Made by a program: the position numbers and the translations under genes. Source: Lophium mytilinum (lineage: Eukaryota). From it: a stretch of DNA of 64,000 nt. The stretch lies in the NCBI GenBank assembly GCA_010093605.1, contig MU004183.1:1798001-1862000 (forward strand), in the 5' to 3' direction. A model generated the notes under the pieces. It was not told where the DNA came from and made no database searches. It worked only from the letters and a program-made list of their open reading frames with translations. Of this stretch, positions 24,208 to 35,679 are shown piece after piece (position 1 is the stretch's first letter; each line of letters begins with the position of its first letter).

Positions 24208-27039
24208 TCAGGAAGCAACCCTGGGACCCTTCGGGTACTCGCCAGGCACATGCAAATCCGAAACGCTGATGTCGGTATTGTTCCTCAAGATGCCGGGAAA
24301 GGGCCCTCCAGATGCGCCTGTTGTCTTACTGGTATTAGCTGAGACAGCTGTTGGAGCTGCCTCAGCCCCGCCTAAAAAAGGCGCCTCTGCGGTCGGAGTG
24401 GAAATTGAGGTTGGGACCGTGGACATGGTGCTTGTGAGACTGACTGGCTCGCTGGAGGCTGACATGAGAGGTGGTGCATGGGACGGGTAGGCCGATACCT
24501 CCGCGAGCGTTGCTTGTATATGGGAAACTGGTGCAGTCTCCTCGGCTACCGGAGCCACCGCTGGCTCTTGTTCGTTCTGGCCATTTTGCTGGTGGTGCCG
24601 GTACGCCTCTGCGCCGAGAGCTCCTGCGGCGACTCCTCCAGCTGCAGGGCCCATCCAGTCGCCATAATTGCTCTCGTGCCGTTGCACAGCAGGCTGGCTT
24701 TGGGGAATAGAAGTTTGTTGTTGTTGGGGGTAAGGTTGTGGTTGGGGATAAGATTGTGGCGGTTGGGGCTGATAGGCATTCGGGGCAGGGTTCGAAGAAG
24801 TTGGGCATGGTGCTTGGGAATATGAATCGGGTTGTTGATAGGTGTTTAATCCTCCAGCTACAGGATTGCCGTACTGATCTTCATACGGAGCGTATGCACC
24901 ATGTTGCTGAGGATTCTGTTGAGACTGGCTAAGGTCGTTGGAGATCGGGGCTTCTCTGCTTTCTGGATAAGACGCTTGCAAGCCTCCGGCCGCGGTCGTT
25001 AGGTCATGATCGATGTCCGAGCTACCACTAGAAGGCGAAAGTGGTGCTTGTAAGTGACGGTTCACCTGGATATCGCTTGGGAATCGCCCACCTGGAGATG
25101 GTCGTTGCTGGAGCTCATTCGTCGCGGTCTCGTTCATCACCGACTGGTTTGCTGAATACGGGACCTCGTCTGCCTCGTCCTCATCTAATCCTCCATCGCT
25201 GCTAACGGATCGATGGCTTCCTTGGCTAACGCTTCGGGCATGTCGTCGAACGAACGCGTTTCTCTCCTCGCCAGTCTTCTCGGTCAGGGTCTTGATGTCT
25301 TCGTACCAGGCCATCATAGTGTCGTATGACTCAGCCCTGAATACCCAAGAGTGACCTCGATGCATTGACCCAGTTTGACGGCCTTTTAGAACGAACTTGT
25401 GGGAGGAACCGCCAGGCTGCGAGTGCGAACCGAGTTTTTGATCTGGAAGGTAAAGTGACATAACAGGAGGTTGAGTGTAGATACGGTCCGCAGACTTGAA
25501 CTCGTGTAGATGTGTAGGAGACAAAACATACCTATCTGAGTTAGCGAGATGGTTGTGACATGGAAAGGTAATACGTACCATCCAGGGGTGTAGCTCTTCA
25601 AATACTTGCTCTTGCGCTCAAGCATACCCGCCCTTACCTCTGTCGTCGCAGGATGGTTCTTGCCAGGATACTGGATATCCTCGAGCCGACGTAGTGGGAT
25701 TCGAGGATTGACAAAGTGCGGATCATTCTCGACATAATGGTTCCATTCGAAGTCTTTTGGCATTGCAATCGGGCCATTCCGTAGCTTGTCAACAGCTGCA
25801 TACTCTTCGTCGGCATCCCGCTTTAGAATGGCAGCTAAAGCATTGTATGACTTCTGGATTTCTCCAACAACGATGGATTCTAACTCTCTTCCTGAATTTT
25901 CGAGGTTTAGGTATGCCTAGCAAGATTAGCAGGGGTTTTAACGCCATACATCATCTACACTCACACGATGCAAGTAGTTCTCTTCGTCAATTTGCCTCTC
26001 GATCTGACGATCAACGCCCAGACGTACGACGTAGGGATCGCCTTTCCCAGCAACAGCTGATGGATCAGAATCAATCAGATTGAGAGACTCTTCAAGGCTT
26101 GCAACAGCTTTGCGCGTGCTCTCCTTCTCCTTCTCGACGGAGTTCTTGAAGTCGCCGGAAAGAGACTTGATCTCCTTGATCTTTTGCGCCAGGTCCTGCC
26201 TCAGGCCATTCAGTTGCCCAATAACATCGACTTCAATGTCCCGTGCTTTGTTCGCCTCCACTACGGTCTGCTTATGAAAGTCCCGAAGAATGCGATTAGC
26301 TTCGTTCAACCCTCCCTCTGTCAGGAAGGCTGAGGGCGCATTTGTGTTGTTGATGACATTGGAGACTTTGAGTAATGTTTTGGAGCGGTGTTCGTAAGAG
26401 GTCTGAACTTCGCGGAAATAGGCTATAATGTCTTTGAGCAGCTTTCTCCAAGCTACAGGTTGTCTTCATTAGCTTCTCATGTGATTATTTGGCATGAGCG
26501 ATGTACTGACCTTGAAAGCGGTTCGCAAGGACCTCAGTCGGGTTTCCTGTGGTAGGAACAGGAGTGTAAAAGACGCTATTGTGTTTGCTAGAGACAGGGC
26601 CCTCGTCTTCGATGTTGACACCGCGTATGCTGCCAGCATGCAAGCTGCGCTTGCTGCCACTCCGCTTCAGGCTCCCAGTTCTTCGGACAGACCCTTTCTT
26701 CTTCAGCGTCCCACTGCGCGCCGGTGCAGCTCCCTGGTTGAGGGTAGATGCATTAGACGCAGTGCGCTGGGGCAAATCGCCATCTAGCAGAACGGACGTG
26801 CCGCGCTGGGTGGCATCGAAGTCCTCCTCGAACTTGCTGCGCTGCGGTGCCAGGGACTGCGACAGCGGAGACGCAACGCCCGGGTTGCCGGGAGTAGTTC
26901 CGAAGTCATTCTGATCGATGTTGAGGTGCGAAGCGTTGGTGGATGCCGTGCCGTAACCTCTGTGAAGATGCGCTGGGTCGTTAGGCGAAGGAACGGAGTC
27001 GTACAAGCCCTGCGAAGGGGTGACAGGTCTTTGAGCCAT
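24208..27039 (-). CDS. SLM1: Slm1-like BAR + PH domain phosphoinositide-binding protein (multi-exon)
   Basis: PVPTTGNPTEVLANRFQ|AWRKLLKDI, GMLERKSKYLKSYTPGW|YVLSPTHLHEFKSAD, HSWVFRAESYDTMMAWYEDI. Confidence 0.85.
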
Positions 27040-28784
27040 GTCGTGTCGGGCGCTATGCAGCTACCAGGGCTGTCTACGAGACTGAGACAGAGGGAGTGAG
27101 AGGCAGAGCAAGACAGCAGGGTGCGGTGGAGATGCTGCGAGCAGCAGTGTGGAGGTTTGGTGTTGTGTTGCGGGGAGGGCCGGGTCCAGAAGGTGATTCG
27201 ATGACGTTTGTGCGGTGAGGCTGGTGGCTTGGTTGTGCGCAATGAATCGAGGCTGAGCAGGGCACAACGTTATTCAACGAGGCACGGGATGCGGCGCGGA
27301 TCGCAATATTCGGCTTCCAGAAAGGAGGGAATCAATAACTTGAGAGAGCGTGGGATGGGGCTGCGAACCGTGGTGCGAGGGGAGATTTGGAGTCTTGAGC
27401 TCTGTGAGCTCTGCCCGCCAGCGCTGGACTTTTGGGCACGACGTCATTTCGCAAACACGCCACATGAATTTATTCGTCGCCAGTGTGCCATTCGCGTCTC
27501 TCCACACTCCAGTCTGCGATCTACACCGTCATCATGCAGCCCATACCCGCCTGACTCCGCCCAAGGCAGTGGTTGTGCCACCCGAAACGGCCGCCAATAC
27601 TACACCCGCGCAGTTTGCCGCTTACTTCCTTCGTCCAGTCGGGATACTCGGCACGCTCTTGGGATGTATGCCGAACCATGGAAACGAGTTGTCCCGGCCG
27701 TTATCGATCAGTCGCATTCGTGGAGCGGGTGGTACGCGCGGCAAAGGAATGATGAAAGCTCTGGATGGCAGAGCAAGGGCCAAAGAAGAGTCTTCACAGC
27801 GTAGACCATGGCACCCTGCAGCCAATCGCTATCATATTTAGTCGGTACATCTTCCTGAAGCTACCTAACATAGGACCCCGTGGGGATGCTCGGCAGGGTC
27901 CTCCCGTGACCCTGTTCCTTGCAGATACCCGAGGTGATGCGTTGCCATATTCAATTGCAAAACCTTTCGAGCCGGAGTCTGTTATTCTGCACGCACGATT
28001 GCAAGCGACTACTTTTAATTAGAATACTTATAGACTGAGTTAGCGACTTCACTCCACTAGAAAATCTACATTGCTCCTCTCACAAGCTATTCGAGTGCCC
28101 AAGATGATAGCTTGCTGGTTTGATCTAACCCGTTTAACTGTCTGCCTTTGCTCTCCTCTAATTGAAACATGTATCAACACTTTGATGTAGTAGATTTCGC
28201 TCTCCGTTATCTCTTCATTAATTATGCCATGATTTGAACCTCAGCGAAACAGGAAGATGTAATATCACACCTCACTTTATTCTTCTTCGTTATACAGCCT
28301 AAATCCAAGCAACCCCACGATAGTATTCGCGGTTTAACCATTGCTGCCTTTGATGGCAACGCTACTGGAGAGGTGCAGTATACATCTTTGCTGTCCGCAG
28401 ATATACTAAGGATGAGGTCGGCGAATGCCTGGTCGCGGGCGAGCTCTCCACCACGGCGAGCTCGTTGCTGCCATCGACTGTGCTGAAGCACCACAGCCGA
28501 GGAGGGTCCGTGGTGTTCGCGATCATGACTACCCGTACTACGGGAATTTTGTTGTCTACATCGTCAAGTTAGGGCAGCGTTGCTGACACTCCAGCACGAT
28601 GATAATGTCTTGCCAAGTCGATTGAATGGACTAGCGTTGCTGAGTCAGCTAGGGCAGCGAGCAGGCAATGTATTAAAGGTTCCATAGAATAACGTTGTTA
28701 TAGCACAAGATGAATCCATGTTTCGATCTAGTTAGCGATTAAAAAAGGTGCACAAAGAAAAGATTCGCAGCGGGATTCGAACCC

Positions 28785-28928
28785 AAAAACAAAAACTTCG
28801 AAGAAGGGAAGCCACTCGCAAGCTTACTATTCAATAACGGCCACCGATAGTGGTAAGATGACTTTCGTCTAGTTACCACACGACCATTAGAGCTTTTCAG
28901 AGATTGAGTGTTTGGTGCGAGCCTCGCT
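28785..28928 (-). ncRNA. Candidate Pol III small hairpin RNA (TATA, long stem with GAAA tetraloop, oligo-T, downstream B box)
   Basis: TTATATAC at 28966-28959; stems GCTCGCA/TGCGAGT, TAATGGTCG/TGGCCGTTA, GTGGTAA/TTACCAC, GAC-GAAA-GTC with G.U pairs on the - strand; two T5 runs; GGTTCGAATCC at 28783-28773. Confidence 0.6.
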
Positions 28929-29095
28929 TGGAAGATGGAATACTGCCAGAATATTCTAGTATATAAGCCCCTAAAATTGGTTTACTCACATTTCAAGTTA
29001 TCAGAGGTTATGCCGAGATCTTGGCTCACTGCATAACTCATAAGTTTCCTATCACACTCCCTTCCTCACCCCCATCCGCCAGTTACAAAAACCGT

Positions 29096-29105
29096 GTCAC
29101 GTGAC
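29096..29105. promoter_or_regulatory. Palindromic GTCACGTGAC E-box (Cbf1/bHLH-type site) just upstream of the large fold
   Basis: Perfect 10-bp palindrome; CACGTG cores recur in other intergenic regions of the window. Confidence 0.45.
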
Positions 29106-29159
29106 GTCGATCTTAACCTCGAGCCGCTCCCGAGCCAGCTCTAACTAGGTCTCGAGGTC

Positions 29160-32100
29160 GGTCGACCAGCTCGAGCGAACGGTACTGACAAGGGAAAAAT
29201 CTTCTTAGTATAGGATCAACTCAGAACCTATGTTTCTGTTGAAAGACGATCCGAAAGGTGTGAGGAACCGTAATGTAAAGGCAAATTGAAGCCAAGATAG
29301 GCTTCACTTGGCCCTGCAAAGAAAGTGGATACGAGTATCTTCAGCATGGAAACATCGTAAATTTCGTACGCGAAATGCGGAGGAGTCTTATAATAGCTCT
29401 ACACTGCAGAGTTGAAGACGTGAATGCTACTGCGACACTACGCCGTTTTTGTCTGTGTAGGCACGCGGACATCTCTTTTAAGAGCGCGCCCCAGCTCACA
29501 TCCTCAGATCTCGAGGGCCACGGAACTCTCAAATGCAACCAGCCCTTTAGACGTCGCGTTCTTTCGCGAAGTACATACATTCTCAGATGAAAGAGGTGGC
29601 AAGAACCAAAAGAAAACCTGGCGTTTGTAACCTGCTCTAATATGCGTACGAGGGAATCTGAAATAAGTCACGGTTGGAGAGGATCGGATCTCAGGGTTCG
29701 GATCTCGGGGTTCGTATGTCAGCGAGGCTGTGGCTGACGGGAATTGAGTTTTATCAAGCAGGGCTAGAACGTTGAAATTCATGGAATGCCACGACAATTT
29801 TCCGTCCGACGAATTTCAAGTTTTTCGCTCTTGTAGATTGCATCAAGTCGTGTACACTAGTCTACCCATCTCAACGTCTTTCCCTGAATTGTATGTGTTT
29901 GCGAAAGAGGTGGGTCTCGTAAGTTGACTTTCAGATGAAGAAACTGAAAATTGACGACAGGTCTCAGATGGTCCAAGATGCGGGTCCAATCGGGTTCGCG
30001 TCGCTACCGTTTGATATGAATCGCGGACAAACGACGCGAGAGAGTGAGGTTGAAATAAGACTTTTGTGTGTCTCGCGAGTTTGACGCCTGCTGGTTGCCT
30101 GACAGATCGTATTTTTAGGCGTGACATACCAGGCCCACCTCACCCGTATGCTGTGAAGCTTAATCCCATTACAACACGAAACCTTTAAGACTCGAACAAA
30201 ACATTTCAATATCAATGTTCGAGGGCGAGCAGACGCAAGGGTTCGGGAAAGTTTGGTTGAGTACCTAGACTTGAGCAACTCGAGTTTTGCTTACGCTGCC
30301 GTGATAGGGCTTACCGTCTTAACCTAACCTTTATTATGCATGCAAAAAGCCAGTGCCATTTCTCAGTGATTGCACGGAATATGCTAGTTCGTACTTGAAT
30401 GCAGATGGCATCTTGCACCACAGGACGACAACAGCGAATTACTGATGGGGGCTGGCAATTCTGGAAGCATTGAGTGACGCATCATTCTTGTAAGGTTGGA
30501 GAGCTAACGCCCCTAAAAGGTCCGGTTCATCTAGGGAGAAAGCAGGAAGAAGCCCGTTTGCAAATGGGTGTCGAATGGTGTGGTGAAGCTGCAGGTGCGC
30601 CGGTGGTATGGGGTGTCGAAACGCGTGGCATGGCGGTGGTTTGTGAGGGGTGCTCCCGTTAATGCGGAGGCGCTCCCGCGACGGTCTTGTCGAAGTGGTA
30701 GGCGACGATGAATGATAAAGGCTGAATTCCAAGAGTGACGAGGAGACTTCCGCGGCTGCATGAAGACGATCACATGATCTCCATGTTCTTATCGGCTCGA
30801 CCTCCGTCGATCGTCTGTGGCCCGTTCCCAACACCAATGTTTCCACTATCAAAAGGGGCCGACGCGTCGACCAATCCTTCGGCCTCCAGACGACGGGGTT
30901 TCCTAGAGCAGCAAACCGCGCGTAAGTCGAAATCTACACACCAGCCTAGCGTCCTCAGCCACCAGCGCTGGATATCACCGAAAATGCAGCCTTTCGTCAC
31001 CTGTTTGGTACACAAAGAGCCGACCGAAGAGTACTCCTCACTGTGGCCGCGAAACCGTTTGAACGCGAGTGCTAGGTGGAGACCCAACAGGCGGTTTTCC
31101 GATGACGACCGAGGTTCACCAACTGACGAGCAGCTCTGACAGATCAAGGGCGACGAACAACTGCGGTGAGATCAAAGGTGAGACCAGCACAGCGCCTCAC
31201 CTCAGGGTTTCTTGCTCCACCCATATTCCTTCGCACTCCTCCTATACCCCTGGGGTATGTATACGGTAAGTGATGACTTATCACGGCACGGCTTCGCTGT
31301 GGGGCACAGCTGTCGTATGCAGGCGCCAGGAGGCATACTACATATTCATTGGGTAAATGTTCGCAATTCACGCCCCCATATTACGACCGACCAATTCCCT
31401 GCCCGTAAGCACTATTTCCAACGGGAATCCACGAGGTTGACTTGAACACAACTCCGGTATCATGAGTAGGAAGAGGACGGCAGTGCATCACGCCACTACC
31501 CAGTCGTGCCCTGTGTCAGCATCGTGGGAGGTCAACTAAGCCTTGCGACCGCGACATACAACCCAGTAAAGACTTAAGCTGTTGCATTTGATACGTATAT
31601 CTGCCGATATAGTATATTTGGTAAGGGTTGTCGGGCTCACTAGGAGCTCGTCATGTTGATCCTCACTGTTAGCTCGCCCAAAACGCCAGCATCTGCGAGA
31701 CCTAGCCCTAGCTCGGTACTTACCGGTCACTGCTCAATGCCGCCCTCGGTATCGGTTGTCTATCCCAAAAGAAAAAAGCCTGGGTTTCATTTGCTATTCT
31801 TGGTGATCATCGCAACGATCCGACCACTCGGACTGATTAATCTCGTTTCCGCAGAGAAACTCATACACGTCTCCCAAAGAGTCAAGCACGTCGTGTATCT
31901 CATCTTGCCACGGAAACTCCATCTCGGTTTTCTCAGAAGGTGATGAGCTCAGTAGGTGGTATGCTACGATAAGCTTCTGGGCCTGATTTGCTACACAGTT
32001 TAAACTGCAGCCCTAGGGCTTTTCTAAGCTCCTGTTAGGCTAGAGGCAGCGCCACTAGGGCGCCTCTGACAGCCCGTTCGACAGTCCAGGGGTGCGGACA

Positions 32101-32440
32101 CATGCAGAAAAGCCCCTCCAGAAACGGCTGGGTTTGCTCCACTAATTGACAGCGCCGCACCTCCTCCACCTTCGTAAACGATGATCACACCAGCTAAGGG
32201 ATAGCCCAGGGTCACAGCCTTCCGGTTCCCCAAGCATTCCGATGTGCTATCGTGGTAGTTTGTGCCGCTGGCGCGACGGGTCATCGTGCAGAGGCGGCAT
32301 CTTTCAGCCTTGAGTAGATTGGTAACGCGGAAAGGAAGTTTGCTCGATGATCCGTTGACTAGGTATAATCACCCCATGCCTCGCTTTTCGAAGGATCCTT
32401 TTCCCTTGCGTCTCGCAGCCTGCGATGGCTGAGTTGTTCA
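29160..32440 (+). ncRNA. Candidate ~3.25-kb closed, multi-domain structured RNA (giant 5'-UTR intron or lncRNA)
   Basis: End-closing helices 29189-29198/32399-32408 (CAAGGGAAAA/TTTTCCCTTG), 29204-29218/32348-32363, 29233-29239/32327-32333, 29240-29246/32300-32306; internal 21-bp helix 30297-30317/31263-31288; many further nested stems; no credible ORF. Confidence 0.65.
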
Positions 32441-32584
32441 ATAATTCCTCAAGCAGCATCTTATACACTCCTTTCCCTTTCTTTTCTAGATGCTTCAAGG
32501 CAACATAATTCATTAATATCTAAATCGCCCCTCGATATCTTGTTAGGGGTTTCGGTGCCTATCACCTAAAAGAGCTACTTCAAG

Positions 32585-34575
32585 ATGGCAGACCTCCCAA
32601 CACCAAACATGTCCCACACATCAAAATACAAGCGGCGCAGCGTTGATGTGTTCGAAGCCCTCCATCACATCAGAGCACAAGAAGAGGCGGGAATAGGCAC
32701 CTCTGATACGCACCTTCCGTTGATAGGAAGCCATGAATGGCCTGTCAGCATTCCAGCGTCGTCTCTGGGCACCTTTCAATTACCAGGCGTTCCTGGAGAA
32801 TGGAGAGTTTCTGGCACGGTCACCCCCGGATCACACGACAGCCTACGATATGCATCCTCAATGATGTCCCTACCAGCCGCGAAATACTCCTCTCTCCCAC
32901 CAGACAGTCCCACATTTCCACCTGAAAGCATTGCGGAATCACAACCACCGCCTCCTCCGGAAACCTACAATCATGAAATCTTCTTCTCTCAGCTCCACGA
33001 ATACGCATTCATTTTCAATGTATGCCTTGCGCAGCTCTTCTCTCTCGCCTCCCTCGCAATGACCGTAGCTCCTCTACCAATAATCGCAAACTACTTCGAT
33101 AATCATGATCCTGGACAGCTAAGTTGGTTCACTGCAGCTTACAGCTTGACGGTGGGGACTTTTATTCTCCCAGCCGGTCGGCTCGGAGACATGTACGGCC
33201 ACAAACGCATCTTCATGTTCGGATGGCTGTGGTTCTCGTTTTGGTCTATCATATGTGGATTCAGCAAGAGTACTATCATGTTGAGCGCCTTTCGAGCTAT
33301 GCAAGGAATTGGTCCAGCGTTGCTAGTACCCAACGCGATGGCACTGGTAGGAAGAACGTTCCCAATGGGAATGAAGAGGAATCTCGTATTCTCTTTGTTC
33401 GGCGCATGCGGTCCGACTGGCTGGGTCACGGGAGCGTTCTTCTCGTCACTTTGTGCACAACTAGGCGGTGAGTAGGCCTTCACATGCCATCTGATATTAC
33501 CCTACCGTCAGACATTATACCGTCACCCTTCAGACTGACATCGAACATTACACCGGTTATCACTATTGGCAATGCTGACTTGCATGACGCAGGTAACAAA
33601 CTGAAACCTTCCGGCTGGGCATGGTCGTTTTGGTTTCTAGCTATGGCGACCTTTTTGGCTAGCATCCTATCGTACCTCGTAATCCCGGCTCCAATCACGC
33701 CACCACCTACCATGACACCGACCACCGATAAGAACCTCTTGCGCTTATCCCGGCCAATCCCACCGCAGTCGAGAGCTCAATTTGACTACTTAGGATGTTT
33801 CAGTGGAGTTTCTGGCCTCATTCTCATCAATTTCGCGGTCAATCAAGCGCCACTAGTAGGCTGGAAGGTTCCGTACATCTACTACCTGCTCATTCTGGGT
33901 GCTATTGTCTTCGGCGCCTTCATCTACGTGGAGCTAAAGATAGCGAGCCATCCCCTTGTGCCTCTTCGTGGTCTATCCAAAGAAGCGGGGTTTGTGCTTG
34001 GCTGCATCGCCGCTGGATGGGGAAGCCATGGTATCTGGATCTACTACTACTACCTATTTCTGGAGGACCTCCGCGGATCTACGGCGCTTTCTGCAGTTGC
34101 CCAGACGCTTCCCGTGGCAGTGACGGGCACGATGGCCGCACTCAGTACGGGGTTCCTGTTGAAGAGGTTCCAAGTGGGCTACGTGATGATGGCAGCCATG
34201 ATGTGCTTTCTTCTTGGCGCCATTCTCCTCGCTACTGCACCTGTCGACCAAAGCTACTGGACACAAACTTTCCTCTCGGTATTAGTCATGCCGGGTGGTA
34301 TGAACTTGAGCTTTCCCGCTGGAACCATCATTCTTAGTAACGCTATGCCGCGTGAGCACCAGGGCATAGCAGCAAGCTTAATCAGTACCATGGTCAACTA
34401 CTCCATCTCGACAGGATTAGGGATTGCCGGTACGATCGCGGTGAACACGAATGATCATGGGCGTGATCCACTCGGAGGATTCCGAGGAGCATGGTACTTC
34501 GGTATCGGCCTGAGCGCACTCGGTGTCTTCATAGCCGGGTGGTTCGTTTATCATTCTAGAGTGCCCAAGTTATGA
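32585..34575 (+). CDS. MFS transporter, DHA2/Atr1 (aminotriazole resistance)-like, intron 33468-33592
   Basis: LSWFTAAYSLTVGTFILPAGRLGDMYGHKRIF (MFS motif A), RAMQGIGPALLVPNA, GMNLSFPAGTIILSNAMPREHQGIAASL; many TM segments. Confidence 0.9.
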
Positions 34576-35679
34576 TTGACTGAGCAACGGTGCTACACAT
34601 GGGGCCATCAGAATTTTGACTCTCTTAGGATGTGCTGTTTGAAAAAGTCAGACGGGTTTCCATGCCTGATAGAGAGGGGATTGGCGTTTAATAAAGTGGT
34701 TTCAGCAAGTTCGTATCGACATGATGTCTACGGCATACAGCAATTTCCTTGTCTCTCAAAAGCGGTGCTGCTCAGCATTCGTAATTATTATTATACCCCC
34801 TATAGAATGCTATAATTGACGCATTCCTTCCACTTCCGCTCCTTGCATCGACTAATCGGTCCTTAGATGAGCCCCAAGTTGTCCACGTGATGAACACACA
34901 GTCGCTACACAATCAGTGAATGGCCAATGTCCGAGAAGTTGCGCACCAACGTTCAAAGGTCGATCTAACTTCTCGTATAGAGATGACTAGGGTCAATCAT
35001 CGTTTCGACTGAAGGTACTGTAGAGCCACGTGAGTCTCAGATCTAGCTCATTCTAGTTCCCGCTCGGCTGCATGCATGATGATGTCACTGGCTTTGGAAT
35101 GCCAAACTCTAACCACAACTCCCTCACTACTATTGTGCTTTCGCAAGCCTTCTTGCGAGATGAATAGTATTTCAATCTTACTGATCAGTAGACATGAGGA
35201 AAATGGTTTCGCTGCAGTCGTCAGGACACTCAACATTGACAGCATTAGCCACAGCGCACGCCAAGCCACTAATACACCAAGCTCACGACTCAAGCATCTG
35301 CCAAGTTGGAAGTTCCAACTTGGCACTGTGAAAGCGTGGCACAAGCAGCATGGATCGGCCATATTTCATGACTTTGTTGTCCACGAGGAGTAAGAAGGCA
35401 CTCCAGGATTTATCAGATTGGATGCCAGCTTTCAGGCTGGGCGGGGAAATACGACATGATGTAGGACCAACACAAGGGGTGAAGGAGTATATAATAGCCG
35501 GGTTGCAGGTGTGGCTGAGATAATTGTTCACTGCTCTTCTTTCGTTTCACGGTGAATTGCTTTGTTGTCACTTGTGTCGTCACTCGTGATACAATTGAGG
35601 TGGCACCTTCTCGTTATCAGCGCTTCGTCTTCCTCCTCCAGCCTCCATCAATCCCCCGAATTCAACGCAACGCCTCATC

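Noticed and set aside
28762..28893. Intron-containing tRNA gene
   Set aside because: A- and B-box-like motifs exist, but the acceptor and anticodon arms do not form and T5 runs precede the T-arm.
30318..30331. TTAACCTAACCT right after a long-range helix, suggesting a telomerase RNA template
   Set aside because: It would template TTAGG rather than the usual TTAGGG, can itself pair with AGGTTGGAGA (~30493), and no U-rich/A-rich pseudoknot or P6.1 was found. It is not fully excluded without the species' telomere sequence.
31122..31160. CTGACGA...GAAC as a hammerhead ribozyme core
   Set aside because: GAAA is replaced by GAAC and stems I and III with a UH cleavage site cannot be built.
31221..31231. 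ATATTCCT resembling the snR30/U17 m1 element
   Set aside because: No m2 (AAACCAU) or properly placed ACA box follows.
31496..31508. 11/12-nt match (CTACCCAGTCGT) to an arm of the 52-kb hairpins as a small-RNA target
   Set aside because: Too short to distinguish from chance in 64 kb.
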